Source of the DNA: Vicugna vicugna
Lineage: Eukaryota
NCBI GenBank assembly: GCA_013265495.1
Contig: MU058285.1
Span: 1-64,000 of the forward strand
Length of the DNA stretch: 64,000 nt
Direction of reading: 5' to 3'
Below are positions 49,381-60,372 of the stretch, piece by piece (the first letter of the stretch is position 1; each line of letters begins with the position of its first letter). The notes beneath the pieces were generated by a model. The model worked only from the letters and a program-made list of their open reading frames with translations. It ran no database searches and was not told the DNA's origin. The position numbers were made by a program, and so were the translations under genes.

Positions 49381-49929
49381 CGCTATTTACAACAGCCAAG
49401 ACATGCAAACAACACAAATGCCCATCAACAGATGACCGGATAAAGAAAATGTGGTGTGTGCATATACACATATACACGCAATGGAATACTATATCCATGA
49501 AAAAGGATAAAATAATGTCATTTGCAGCAACATGAATGGACCTAAAGATTATCATACTAAGTGAAGTAAGCCAGAAAGAGAAAGAAAAATGCCATATGAT
49601 GTCACTTACATGTGAAATCGAAAAAAAAAAAAGGACACAAATTAACTTATTTAGAAAATGGAAATAAACTCACAGACTTAGAGAACAAACTTATGGTTAC
49701 CAGTGGGTAAAGAGGGTGAGAAGGGATGAATCTGGGAATTTGAAAATTGCACCTCTTGGAGAGTGATGGAAATGTTAGCTATCTTGATTGTGGTGGTGGT
49801 TTCATGGTTTTTAATAGAGGTGTATACCTCTATTAAAATTCAGCAAATTGTACATTTGAAATATGTGTAGTTTACTGTACAGGAACCAAACCGCAATAAA
49901 GATGTTAAGAACTAAAAAAAAAAATTTAA
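49381..49929 (+). mobile_element. L1 3' fragment (ORF2 end plus composite 3' UTR) with 16-bp TSD
   Basis: ctatttacaacagccaagacatg..catttgcagcaacatgaatggacct..agtgaagtaagccag is the ORF2 C-terminus. TSD aaagtcctatggtctt (49365-49380) / aaagtcatatgttctt (49930-49945). Inserted in a MIR. Confidence 0.9.
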
Positions 49930-50698
49930 AAAGTCATATGTTCTTAACACACCATGCTTTCCTCTGCACAAATAAGAAAGCATGGTCAGTATGTATAGAA
50001 ATGGGGCAAATTGGATCCTAGTATCAGTGGTGACAAGGGGTAGCTTTGGTGATCTTAGCTCTTTGTCATTCCCATCATTACCATCGGCCCACCAACCTAC
50101 TCTTTGATTTAGATACTAAATATTTTCCCCTGACTTTGTTTAAAATGCTCTACACATGGAATTTCAAAGTAAGTCTGGTAGTCCCTCCATCTAATCAGAT
50201 TGCACTCCTAAGCCATTTTTGCAAAAACCTGTTTCTAAGGGGAGATGTGATGATAGAGTTCACAAGGTGAGGCCATATTACAGTTGGGGTTTAGAGTCAA
50301 GTTTTGGAGCCATCAGCCCATCTCAGAAGAGGAGGAATGTACGGTCTTGATGTGAAATGACATGGTTACAGGTAGACCAGGTGGGGGCTCTGGGACAGAG
50401 ATAAGGACTAAATCCAGAAGACATTTCAAGGGGGCAGGCTGGGTGGATTCGGTGCATTTGAAAACATGTGGCACAGTGAGAGGAAAACACGAAAGGTGGC
50501 TGCCCATTTTCTAGTCCGTGAAGGGGATCATTTTGTGGAGGAGGAAGATGAATCCAACTGTAGATGCATTGAGCCCCAAGAGGCCCCGTGGTATCTTAGG
50601 CAGGCTGTTCTTTAGATATCTCCAGGCACGGGTTGAAGTGCAGGTCAGAAATTAAACTGGAGACCTAGATTTAAGTGTGGGTGAAGTATGCTGCTCAT

Positions 50699-50726
50699 CT
50701 CTCTCTCTATATATATATATATATAT
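50699..50726. repeat. (CT)n(AT)n compound microsatellite
   Basis: ctctctctctatatatatatatatatat. Confidence 0.9.
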
Positions 50727-51179
50727 TTTCTCTTACTACTGTATCCTCTTTGCTTCTTTGACCACAATGGGGGTTGGGAGCTTTTGCCATTACTTTCAGT
50801 TCAATCCATTGCAGTGTTTCCACAGTTCACAACATTTTCCATGATGTTGGTCTCCTACACTTGAACATGCCTATGGCTACAGATGATTCAAGGAGGCATG
50901 TTTCCATCACTTTCGAGCAACTCGTGCTATTCATTCTGCCCTCAGAAGTTAATGCAGAGTTTTATGGCATGTCTGGCTCGTACTGGAAATTTGATGGGAA
51001 TAAAATAAAATAAAAAAAAAAGAAAAGTAAACCAATCTCTTGTACACATTATAAGTGGCAAAGTAACCAGATAAAAGAAAGGATTTTTAAGATTTTCCAA
51101 CAGCAATTTTTGCTACCAATTAGATGTGATTATATTGAATCTCCTCTGTGAGTTTATATTCTGCATTTAAATGCTTTGA

Positions 51180-51760
51180 ATAGTTTGTTTATTCTTTCTA
51201 GCAAATACTTGAGGAGCTCTACTATGTTCCAAGCGGTTTTCTAGGAGCTAGGGATATAGTGGAGTGTAAGATAGATAATACTCCTATTTACATACCAAGG
51301 AGGAAAGCGAGCATAATACATGTGAACCAATAAATGGAATGTGATTTTTAGATAGAGTTAAGGCTATGAAAAGTATGAGATGGAGTATTGTAATAGAGGG
51401 TTATAAGGATTTAACTTGACATGGGTATTCAATAAGGAGGTGTGCTTTGCCTTCAGAGCTGAAAGACAAGAATGCATTAGCAGTGTGAGGCCACGGGGTC
51501 ACCACTCCAGGGAGAATGAAGAGAAAGTGCAAACGCTCAAGGCAGAGACAAAGTCGGCTGTTCAAAGAACGTAAGGAAGGACAATGTGGCTGAAGTGTGC
51601 AGGGAGGAGAAGAGAGGACAGAAATATGGTTGGAGAGGTCATTGGAGACAGGTCAGGTGGGGCCTTGTGGGTCATGGAAGATTATTTGGATTTTGTTGCT
51701 AGTGCAGTGGGAACTTATGCGAATGAGTGATGAGATGTGGCATTTCTAATCAATCACACT
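51180..51760 (-). mobile_element. L2 3' fragment
   Basis: gcaaatacttgaggagctctactatgttccaagc..ctagggatatagtgg..ggggccttgtgggtcatggaag. Confidence 0.75.
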
Positions 51761-52165
51761 TTGTAGTAATACTGCTGCTTTTCAGCATGTGCGCACCTAC
51801 ATTACTATTTTAATAGGAAGTTAAGCAGTTTCTACGTTCCAGAATTTTTATGTTGGAGCATCCCAGCCTTAGGGTAGATATGTACCTGCCCTGGGACTAA
51901 AGTTATGCAGGAAATGTAATAGATCCAGTGACCTCACAATCCATACACACTTGTACTGGGCTGCAGGTGCTGTTGGCTCAGTGAGGATGCGTGGGAGACA
52001 GTTCATCTTTGCCAAGCAGATTAGTATCATAAAGGCAGAAACAGGTCCAGATAAACACGTTTTCATTGAATTGTATTGTTAATCAATCCTTCTCCAATAT
52101 CCAGAGTCATAAAATGGGTGTTTCAAAAACTATAATCTGAACCTGAATATGAATTAAAATGCTTT

Positions 52166-52317
52166 AAAAATTTTATTTAGTATTTTTCAGTTTGTTGTTT
52201 TTTGGGAGGAGGTAGTTAGGTTTTTAGAATTTATTTTTAATGGAGGCACTGGGGATTGAACCCAGGACCTCATGCATGCTAGTCATGCACTCTACCATTG
52301 AGCTATTCCCTCCCTGC
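52166..52317 (-). mobile_element. tRNA-derived SINE (camelid vic-1-like) with TSD
   Basis: aatggaggcactggggattgaacccaggacctcatgcatgctagtcatgcactctaccattgagctattccctccc (B box GGTTCAATCC on minus). TSD taaaatgcttt (52155-52165) / taaaatacttt (52318-52328). Confidence 0.9.
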
Positions 52318-53046
52318 TAAAATACTTTTTAAAACTGGCTCTTGAGAGGTGTAGAACGATTTTAAATGTCAGGAAAATATTATTTCATTATTTTCATTTG
52401 ATTTCACTACATTTAGATGGACTGTAATCTGATTTCCACAAATAGTCTGACAATATCTTCACCTTGAAAAGCAACAACAGAAAACCACTCTGCCTGTAGC
52501 AAAACTTTTCCTTTTTCCTTTTCGTTGGGTTGGAACTGACACCTCACAATCTGAATTTGGGGAGTTACGCTTTCCACTTAAAAACACACTGTGCTGAAGT
52601 TGTATTCTCTTTTTGGAAACACTGAGAGGATTTTACACATTCATGACTATGATGAGGGTGGACAGGTTTCCTGGATCTTGAGGATTCTGCCCAGCAGCCT
52701 CCCTGGGTGGGAAGGGTCCTCGTGTGGCCATCCTCTGACCTTCTTCAGAGACAAGATGGGGCTTAGATCCTGGGGTTTGTATTTATGGAGAGTTCTCCTT
52801 GGAGTCTCAAGAACCCAGAGGTGAAAGGATGAAGGGAAGAGAACGACTCTTCATTGAGCTCCCTGTTGCCAGTAATAAGCTCAGAACAGCCATGAATGGA
52901 AGGAAGCCGAAAGGTAGAGCGTTCAGTCAGACCAGATGGACAAGATTTACATCACAAATAATGTCTCCTAAATTTCATCTGCTGAGTTAGTTTTATTTCA
53001 TACATGTGTGTATGTATATATATACATACATTTACGTATATATGTA

Positions 53047-54038
53047 TTTTTGATTTTCATTATTCCTGGTAGTTAATGCTCTCTAGAATTACTGTGGACA
53101 TGGAATTAATGAATCCTGAACCATTGCTCCCAGGGGAGATACAGGGTTAGAGTCCATGAGCTTCTGATTACATTTTTGTCAACCAATCAATACATAACCT
53201 TGTTTTATGTGTTTTTCTGTTTAGGCACCTTATTAGATATACATGGTATCACTCATATGTGGAATCTAAAAAAAAAAAGAAAAAAAGAGGACACTAATGA
53301 ACTCATCCACAAAACAGAAACAGCCTCACAGACATAGCAAACAACCTTATGGTTACCGGGGAAAAGAGGGTGGGAAGGGATAAATTTGGGAGTTTGAGAT
53401 TTGTAAATGTTAACCACGATATATAAAAATAGATAAAAAAATTACTTCTATATAACACAGGAGACTTATCAATATCTTGTAATAACATTTAATGAAAAAG
53501 AACATGAAAACAAATGTGTGTATGTACATGTATGACTAGGACATTGTGCTGTACACCAGAAACTGACACATTGTAACTGACTGTGCTTCAATTATTTTTG
53601 GTTCATTTACACTGAGCGGCATTAAAACTCATGCTTTGAATGAAGTCTGTATGACACACATATTTTTCCCATAAGGTCAATCACAGTCTTCTTGCATTTA
53701 GGAACACTTGACAGCACTTTGGTGCTACTCCCAGTGTCCATTAGAAACAATGAAATCACCAGAAAAAAGCACAAAGATGTAAAAAACATGCCATTCAATA
53801 GACTGTGAAAAGGACACTTGTTTATAGTAGGAGAGCTGAAGCGAGAAGGCAGAGAGAGTAGTTTGTTCTGCTTCAACTGGGAACGTGCATGTCAGGCCAC
53901 TCAAAATTTTTGTCACTCTGCTCGTGTCTGTGAATGACAGCAAAATCCAGGAGAATGGATTTTGCCATTACAGATAAATTTTAGAGAGGAGGAGGTGAAT
54001 TTGAAAGTGTGGAATTCTTGAATAATGAGGAATGACAC
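53047..54038 (-). mobile_element. MER82-like Tigger element interrupted by an L1
   Basis: ctgaaccattgctcccaggggagatacagggttag, caatacataaccttgttttatgtg, aaaaggacacttgtttatagt, ctgggaacgtgcatgtcagg. TA-rich flanks on both sides. Confidence 0.82.
53241..53593 (+). mobile_element. Young L1 3' end inside MER82
   Basis: tatcactcatatgtggaatctaaaa..cttatggttaccgggg..gactgtgcttcaatt; no A tail. Confidence 0.9.
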
Positions 54039-54944
54039 TATATGTGTATAACACATGTGTATACGTAATTTTTGATACTGTATTCAATTTCCATTAGTGC
54101 TATATTGGGGAAAGATCTTTTAGCTTTGACACTTTCTCTGCATCATTTTCCAAGAGTAATACTGATAATGATTGTTGTAAACACATAGTCTGAGGGAAGA
54201 TTTTCATCCTTACTTGGAAATTGACATTTCATTTTTTTCCAAAGTGCAAAGTGTCAATCAGTGAAAGAACAGCCAGAAAGTGTCAGTTCTCATTAGCAAA
54301 CGCACAAAGCATGCCAGTGTGTTTTTGCTCATAACTGAGAGAGAAATTCAGAAATATCATAAGTAGATTTTTCTAGCAGAAAATGGGAACATATTGATTT
54401 TTTAATTCCCACCCATAAATATTGAGAATATGATACAACTGAAGACAACTTGCTTTTTAACTTGGTGGTTATTTTTTCTCTTGAAATACAATTATGATTT
54501 CATCCTCTACAAATCAACAAAAGCTTAAGTTGGTCATTTTTTCTAAGCTTTGTAAAAAGGATTGCATCATAATAGCCGTCTTCAGATAAATAAGAACTAC
54601 TCATTCCCTAATGTCAGCATTTAAACCACAAATTGAATATCAAGACCTTAAATTGTTGCTTTCGTTTATTGTAAAGTTATGAAAAAAATTCAGAATGATC
54701 CAGATCAAAATATATATATATAAAACAAACCCAGAAAACTACATATTCAATTATTTTTATTAGGAAAGTACATGGGAAAATTCTTAGGAAGAAATAAATT
54801 GATGGAAACATATAATTTTGACTTACAAATTTGCAAATGAAACCCAACAAAGGACATAATAGCAAAACATAATTCATTTTAGTTAGAACTGACCATCATT
54901 TTCATTTGTAGGACTATGTGAGCAGAAAGCTCGTACCTGAAGCA

Positions 54945-55130
54945 CGGAGTGCTGAGAAGAACACTGACTGGCTGTTAGGAGACTGGGATCCCCAGGCCCA
55001 ACTCTGCTAATAATAAAGGTATGCACTTGGGTTGAATATTTAGCTCCTGAGATTTTGGTTTTCTTAGCAGTATAATGTGGAATTCAGACCTCAAGATCTC
55101 TAATCTCTTTCTCGGCTCTAAAATTTTCCA
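54945..55130 (+). mobile_element. MIR (MIRc/MIR3-like)
   Basis: aagaacactgactgg..ggagactggg..ctctgcta..gatctctaa..ggctctaaaatt. Confidence 0.65.
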
Positions 55131-55239
55131 AGTCTCTGATACAACACTCTGATAATAGACATTAATTTGAATTTCAGAAAATTGCTCAAAAATTGTGAAT
55201 AAAAAGGAGTAACAGTAATTATAAAAAAAATACTATGAC

Positions 55240-57940
55240 TAGGTGAATCATATCATTTATCATAAAGCCAGAACATTTTTGAGAGAGATGCTAAAATAAT
55301 TTAAAATATATAAGCTTTTGAGATATTTATTTATTGACATATAAATTGTTTTTATCATATTTGTGGACTGATAAAATATTCTTTTCAAAAACTATGTTTA
55401 AAACCAAATTCTTTTTAAAAATAAAATTTTATACATAAAAGCAATGTAAAACAATTTTTCATATTGTTTATCTTAATTTTAAAAATAGCATAACTAGAAT
55501 AATTATCTTGGTCTATTAAAGAACTTCAGTTTTTTTTTTTTAAATCCATATCTATCTCTAATACCATGTCACTGGTATTTTTTATTGCAACATAGGCTTA
55601 TTACTTATTTTTCATGAAATTATATATAATCTCACTCAAAGTTACATTTTGTGGTTAATAAATCTGAAAAGCTTTTTTATCTTAGACTTTTCTCTGCATA
55701 ATCTTCTTGATTGAGAAAATATTTTCTATACAGATGCTAAGTTACCTGGAAAGTTTAGAGCAAATTCTTACCAAATAAAGGATAATCTCATTTCTAAGTT
55801 TTAATTGAAATATGGTAAACTATTTCAGCCCAAATACAGATACTATTTTTATTTTACTTTTATTTAAGTACCTCAACAAATATTTTTATAACAAAATCAA
55901 CGTAATGTCTCTTTATAATCTTTTTGACTTTTTTGCCAAATTTAGATGCTGCAAAAATCATAAACAGATAAATGTATCCAGGGGAACATGTAAACTGTAT
56001 CAAAAGATTTCTCCCATGTTGATACTCCAAAGAAAAATGATAAAATTTCAAAATTAAATTTTGTACACTTATGAACTGTCACCATTTAATCGATTCAATT
56101 CCTCCTGTGCTTTTCTAGGGATAAATTCTGATGTCTTCTCAATTGCAAACTTGATTTCCAATAAAAGCAATTCACTAACATCTTGACTATTTTTTTGGTA
56201 CTCTATTTGTTGAATAATTTGATTAGAGATTTCCCGCTAATTCTGAACACAATACAATAGAAATATAAAAGACTTCTGTATAAAATGTTTCATATGAATT
56301 ATAGGATATGTTGACTTACAGAAAAATTCTTCAAAGTTCCAAACATTTAAAAAGCTGATTGGTGACAAGTAGCAGAAAGTAAAAGTGCTTTTTGTCATGG
56401 TGAACAATTTTTTTTTTGTATTCAACACCTGCTTTGTAATAAAATTTTGAGGTTTAGTTGCTCTGTAAAAATATATAGAAATGTAAATTTTGACAACTCT
56501 AGTTTCCATTTAGATTGATGGAATATTATTTGAGCACAATTGTGAATTATGTTTGTGCTGCAATCAATTCTAGGTATCTTTCTGCTCTTTTTGCTTCTTA
56601 ATAGAAGAACATTTGTACCATTTGCTCTGTACCAACAAAATTAATATTTGTACTATTACTGCAAAAACAAATAATTCTATCTTCTGTGGAAACTTTTTAA
56701 ATGAATTTACCACAGCACTTTTAATAATAATATCAGATATTTTACTTTCAGAAGGTGAATTTCCAAACACATTGATTTTGCTCCGTGATGACACTGATTT
56801 TTTAAAAAAATCTTTTATGGTTTATTTGTCTGTGAAGGGTTTCCCTCTGCTAATGGAGCTGAGGCATTAATAGCAATTGTTTCATTTTTCTGTGTGTAAA
56901 ATAAAAAAAGCTTGAAATCTAAAATGTGCAAAATTAATTCAGAAGAATAATCCACTTGATCTGAATGAAAAAACCATGCTTCTAGAGAAAGACATAAACA
57001 TTTACAACTGTGCATATTAAATTGTCTTTTGGACTTTAAGAAGGAACTAATGTTTAAAAAAAGATATTCATGAGTTTTCAGTATATGTGTACCTTTGGGT
57101 TTGCTGAAGTAATATAGACATGGTCTTCACTGAGGATGGTAACTGTCAACAAATATTTTACATGTCACGTGTTCATCATAAACCCTCTAGAGAAGAACGA
57201 ACGCTATATTTAATCTTTCATTTAACATGCATTTTCCTTTTGCTAACTTCATTGTTGTTGAAAAGTGTATTCAAGAATAAAATTGTTTCCAATCATATAA
57301 AAGCAATTACTTGTTTTAGATTTTCATCATACAGTAATGCATCATACAGTGAATGACAAACAGCACAATGGAAGTGTTCAGGTTATTCTGTGTCTTATGG
57401 TAAAACTTAGCCTTTATTCACTGCATAGATTTTATGTGTATCCACCTTCTAGTTACCCTATAGGTTTCCGATTGATCTACCAACTGGTATCCTGAGGAAT
57501 TCATGCACCTTGAAGGCTGTGGGACAAATCACAGCACACCTGGCTAGCATGCCAAGTTCGATTTTCCTCCCATCGTTACCTGAGATGAGGAGTGAGTAGT
57601 CCTTAGCACTAGGATTTTGTCAGTAAACACCTGCAAGCTGTCCTGGAAGGTGAGGTGTTAGTTCCTCACATCAGGGAATAATTGAGAAAAGAAAGACTGT
57701 AGACTCCGATAGTCTTTAAAATCTCTGTGTACCACATGTGTGACTCCCACTCAGAGAGACCTTGGCAGAAGTTAGAACCACCATGTGGAGTAGCATCAAG
57801 CCCATGAACGCTTATTTTCATGTAATTGTTAACATCATACCTGGTTAAATTGAAAAAAAAATCTGGGACAAATTCTTAATCAGATAGGACTTCAGGGCAA
57901 TAAACACAAATTAGAAAAACCGACATGTTTGGTTACCCTA
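55240..57940 (-). mobile_element. hAT-Blackjack (BLACKJACK/MER94-like) transposon fossil with both ends
   Basis: Left end taggtgaatcatatcatttatc..gaacatttttgagag and right end gacatgtttggttacccta (TAGGGTGACCA-type TIRs). Minus-strand transposase remnants: ETRVVKIY..QNF near 56500 and EFALNFPGNLASVxKIFS near 55710-55770 (hAT dimerisation motif). 8-bp flanks actatgac / aaaataac match 5 of 8. Confidence 0.8.
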
Positions 57941-58707
57941 AAAATAACAGAACTTACAGAAACCTGACCTTATTGCAAGTTTTGGGAACTATGGCAATTC
58001 TTAAAAGCAGTTCTTTAACATTTTGCTTTTTTGTGTCTGTGTTTTTGTGTGATTCTTCAGCACAGTCATAGGCAGAACAAATGAAAAAATTACAGAGTTG
58101 TTTCTTACAAGATTGATGTAATAATTATGTTTGTAGGAAATTAGTGGTTTCTTATGCCCATCAGCTTTCAAATAAATATTTACTTTTAAATCTTTTTCTT
58201 GCTGGCTAGTTTTCTTAAATTTCTAGAAATGGATTCATTTATCCAAATCACATTAGAGGGATATTCAGGGTACTTATACATTTATACATTTATTTATATC
58301 ATAATATAAAACTGTAGACTTTTCACAACAGGCAAGACCGAAATTAACCATGGCCCTTACCTACAAGAACCTTGCATTTTAGAAGGAAAAATAAAACATC
58401 TGTTTTATATTTATACAAACACACACACACTATCACTAGGCACTCTGATTTTCTTTCTGTCACTGCTCATGTCATCATTCTTGCTGTTGGCTTCCTCCTT
58501 TATGATCTGCTTGATATTTTGTACTTTCCACACTTAACTTCCTCACTCCAGTGGTGTCTTTTTTTCCAACCCCCCCTCAGTGACTCACTCCCATGGTCTT
58601 TCCTGTAACTCTGCATCAGTAGTGACTATGTAAACTCCAAAATCTCGGTTTCAGGGTCTGAGTCTCTGGTGACTCCCCCTAGTCATCCAGCTTAACTTAA
58701 ATTGTAC

Positions 58708-59153
58708 TGTTACTGAGTCCAAGCTCATACTGCTCACTGCATGACAGGCCAATATCCACTTTATTGGGAAAGCCAGCAGACTGAGAAGATGGTGGACTAG
58801 TGTTCCAAAGAACCATCTTACCTGGGTTAGAATACAGGCTTCTTAAATACCAAAAAGAGAGGGGGTGTAGTGGTTGTTGCAAACGTCTTGGCACAGGAAT
58901 TCTTTAGTCTTGCAGCTGTCCACGTAGGTCTGGTCACAATGGTCCTATAAATCTCCAGCTAGACTATTGTTATTTCCTGCTCTGCAATTTTTAAAAATCT
59001 CTATGTGAATGGAAAAATTCATACCTTTAAAGGTCAGAGCCTTGAAAATGGGCTCTCCTGTATATTTCAGGCTAGAGACAGCATTCTTTTGCAAAGGCGC
59101 ACAGCCAGCATGACTAAGGCCAGGCAACCGAGCACAAGGGTTAGAGGAATCAG
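58708..59153 (-). mobile_element. ERV1-type LTR, truncated at right end
   Basis: Begins tgttactgagtccaagctc; minus-strand AATAAA at 58760-58765; homologous to 18594-18832. Confidence 0.82.
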
Positions 59154-59154
59154 C

Positions 59155-59305
59155 CTGGCTTTCAGTTATACTTCCCACATTTTATTATCTGTGCAGCACT
59201 GTGCAAGTTATTTGACCTTTATTTTCCTGTTTACTCATTTGTAAAATAAAGATAATACAAGTTGGTAGCTCAAGAGTTTGGAGAATTAAGTGGGATAGTC
59301 ACGTG
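59155..59305 (+). mobile_element. MIR SINE
   Basis: gcaagttatttgacct..ctgtttactcatttgtaaaataaagataata..ggagaattaagtgggata. Confidence 0.7.
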
Positions 59306-59329
59306 ACTACAATACTTTTTTGAAAACTG

Positions 59330-60372
59330 TTCTTCCTGCGTATACCCTTAAATCTCTAAAATCTGTTTTTCTGAAAAGTAGCAGAGATGTACTTTTAAAA
59401 GTGTATGTTAGGTAAAAATCACACTTCCTCTCCAATCTTACCCTTCAAGGGAACTTAGAATGAAAAGTCTGGCCCCATTCCAGATCAGTCTTCTTGACTC
59501 GTCACGCACTTTTCATACTGGTCTTTTTCTGCACTAGGAAATGTTCCAGTTACCCTTTACTACATAACAGACGTCTCCAAACTTCAGTGGCTTAAAACAA
59601 CAAAACAACAACCATCTTATCATTTCTCAGAAGTATGTGAGTTAGAGATTCCAGTAGAGCCTGGTTGGGTGACGCTTCTGCTCTTCATGGTGTATTCAAA
59701 TGGCCCCTTGCCTGGGGAGGTCAGAATTAGCCTGTGTCACATGTCTGGAGGTCTCTGCCTCTGTCTGTAGTCTCAGGTCCTCTCCCTGTTCTCTCCAGAA
59801 GGGTTAATAGAGCTATCTGTCTGCTATGGGCTCCAAGAAACCAGGTGGAAGCTGCCTGAGAGACTAGCCTGGAATGGGTACAACCTCACTTCTAACACTT
59901 TTTTGGTCAAAGCAGTTGGAAGCCTGCCCGAATTCAAGGGGCAGGAAAATAGATGTCACCTTGCAGTAGAAAAGTATCTAAGAATTTGCCAGCTTCTTTA
60001 ATTCATCACCAGAGTACTCCAGGATCATTCCTGTTGGTGCCTTTCACACTTGCTCCTTCCTTCAGGAATTCCACCTCCCAAATTTTCCATGGCTGATTTC
60101 TTCAAATCTCAGCTCGGCCATCACCTCCTCGTTATAGAAAAGCTTTTCTGACTGCCTTATCTAAATGTACTTCCTCCCTCCATCATCATTTACTCCATCA
60201 ACTACTTTATTTTCTTCCGGAATTACCTTATTTATGATCTGCTCTCTCCCACTGTAATGCCAACTCCACAAGAGCAGAAACCCTCTCTTTCTTGTCAACA
60301 CTATGATTCTGGAGCCCAGAATGATGCTTGACACATAGAACTTTTTCAATAAATATTTCCTGGAAGAATAAA
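59330..60372 (+). mobile_element. L2 3' fragment split by an MLT1 LTR
   Basis: gcctttcacacttgctcc..ttcaaatctcagctc..catcacctcctc..cccagaatgatgcttgacacatagaa..caataaatatt. Confidence 0.7.
59542..60011 (-). mobile_element. MLT1H/J-like MaLR LTR
   Basis: ccaaacttcagtggcttaaaacaacaa..tcacttctaacac..ttggtcaaagcagt..attcaagggg..aaatagatgtcaccttg. Confidence 0.8.

Noticed and set aside
52240..52314. tRNA-like A/B boxes (also at 8772)
   Set aside because: They are SINE heads with AT-rich tail and TSD, not cloverleaf tRNA genes.
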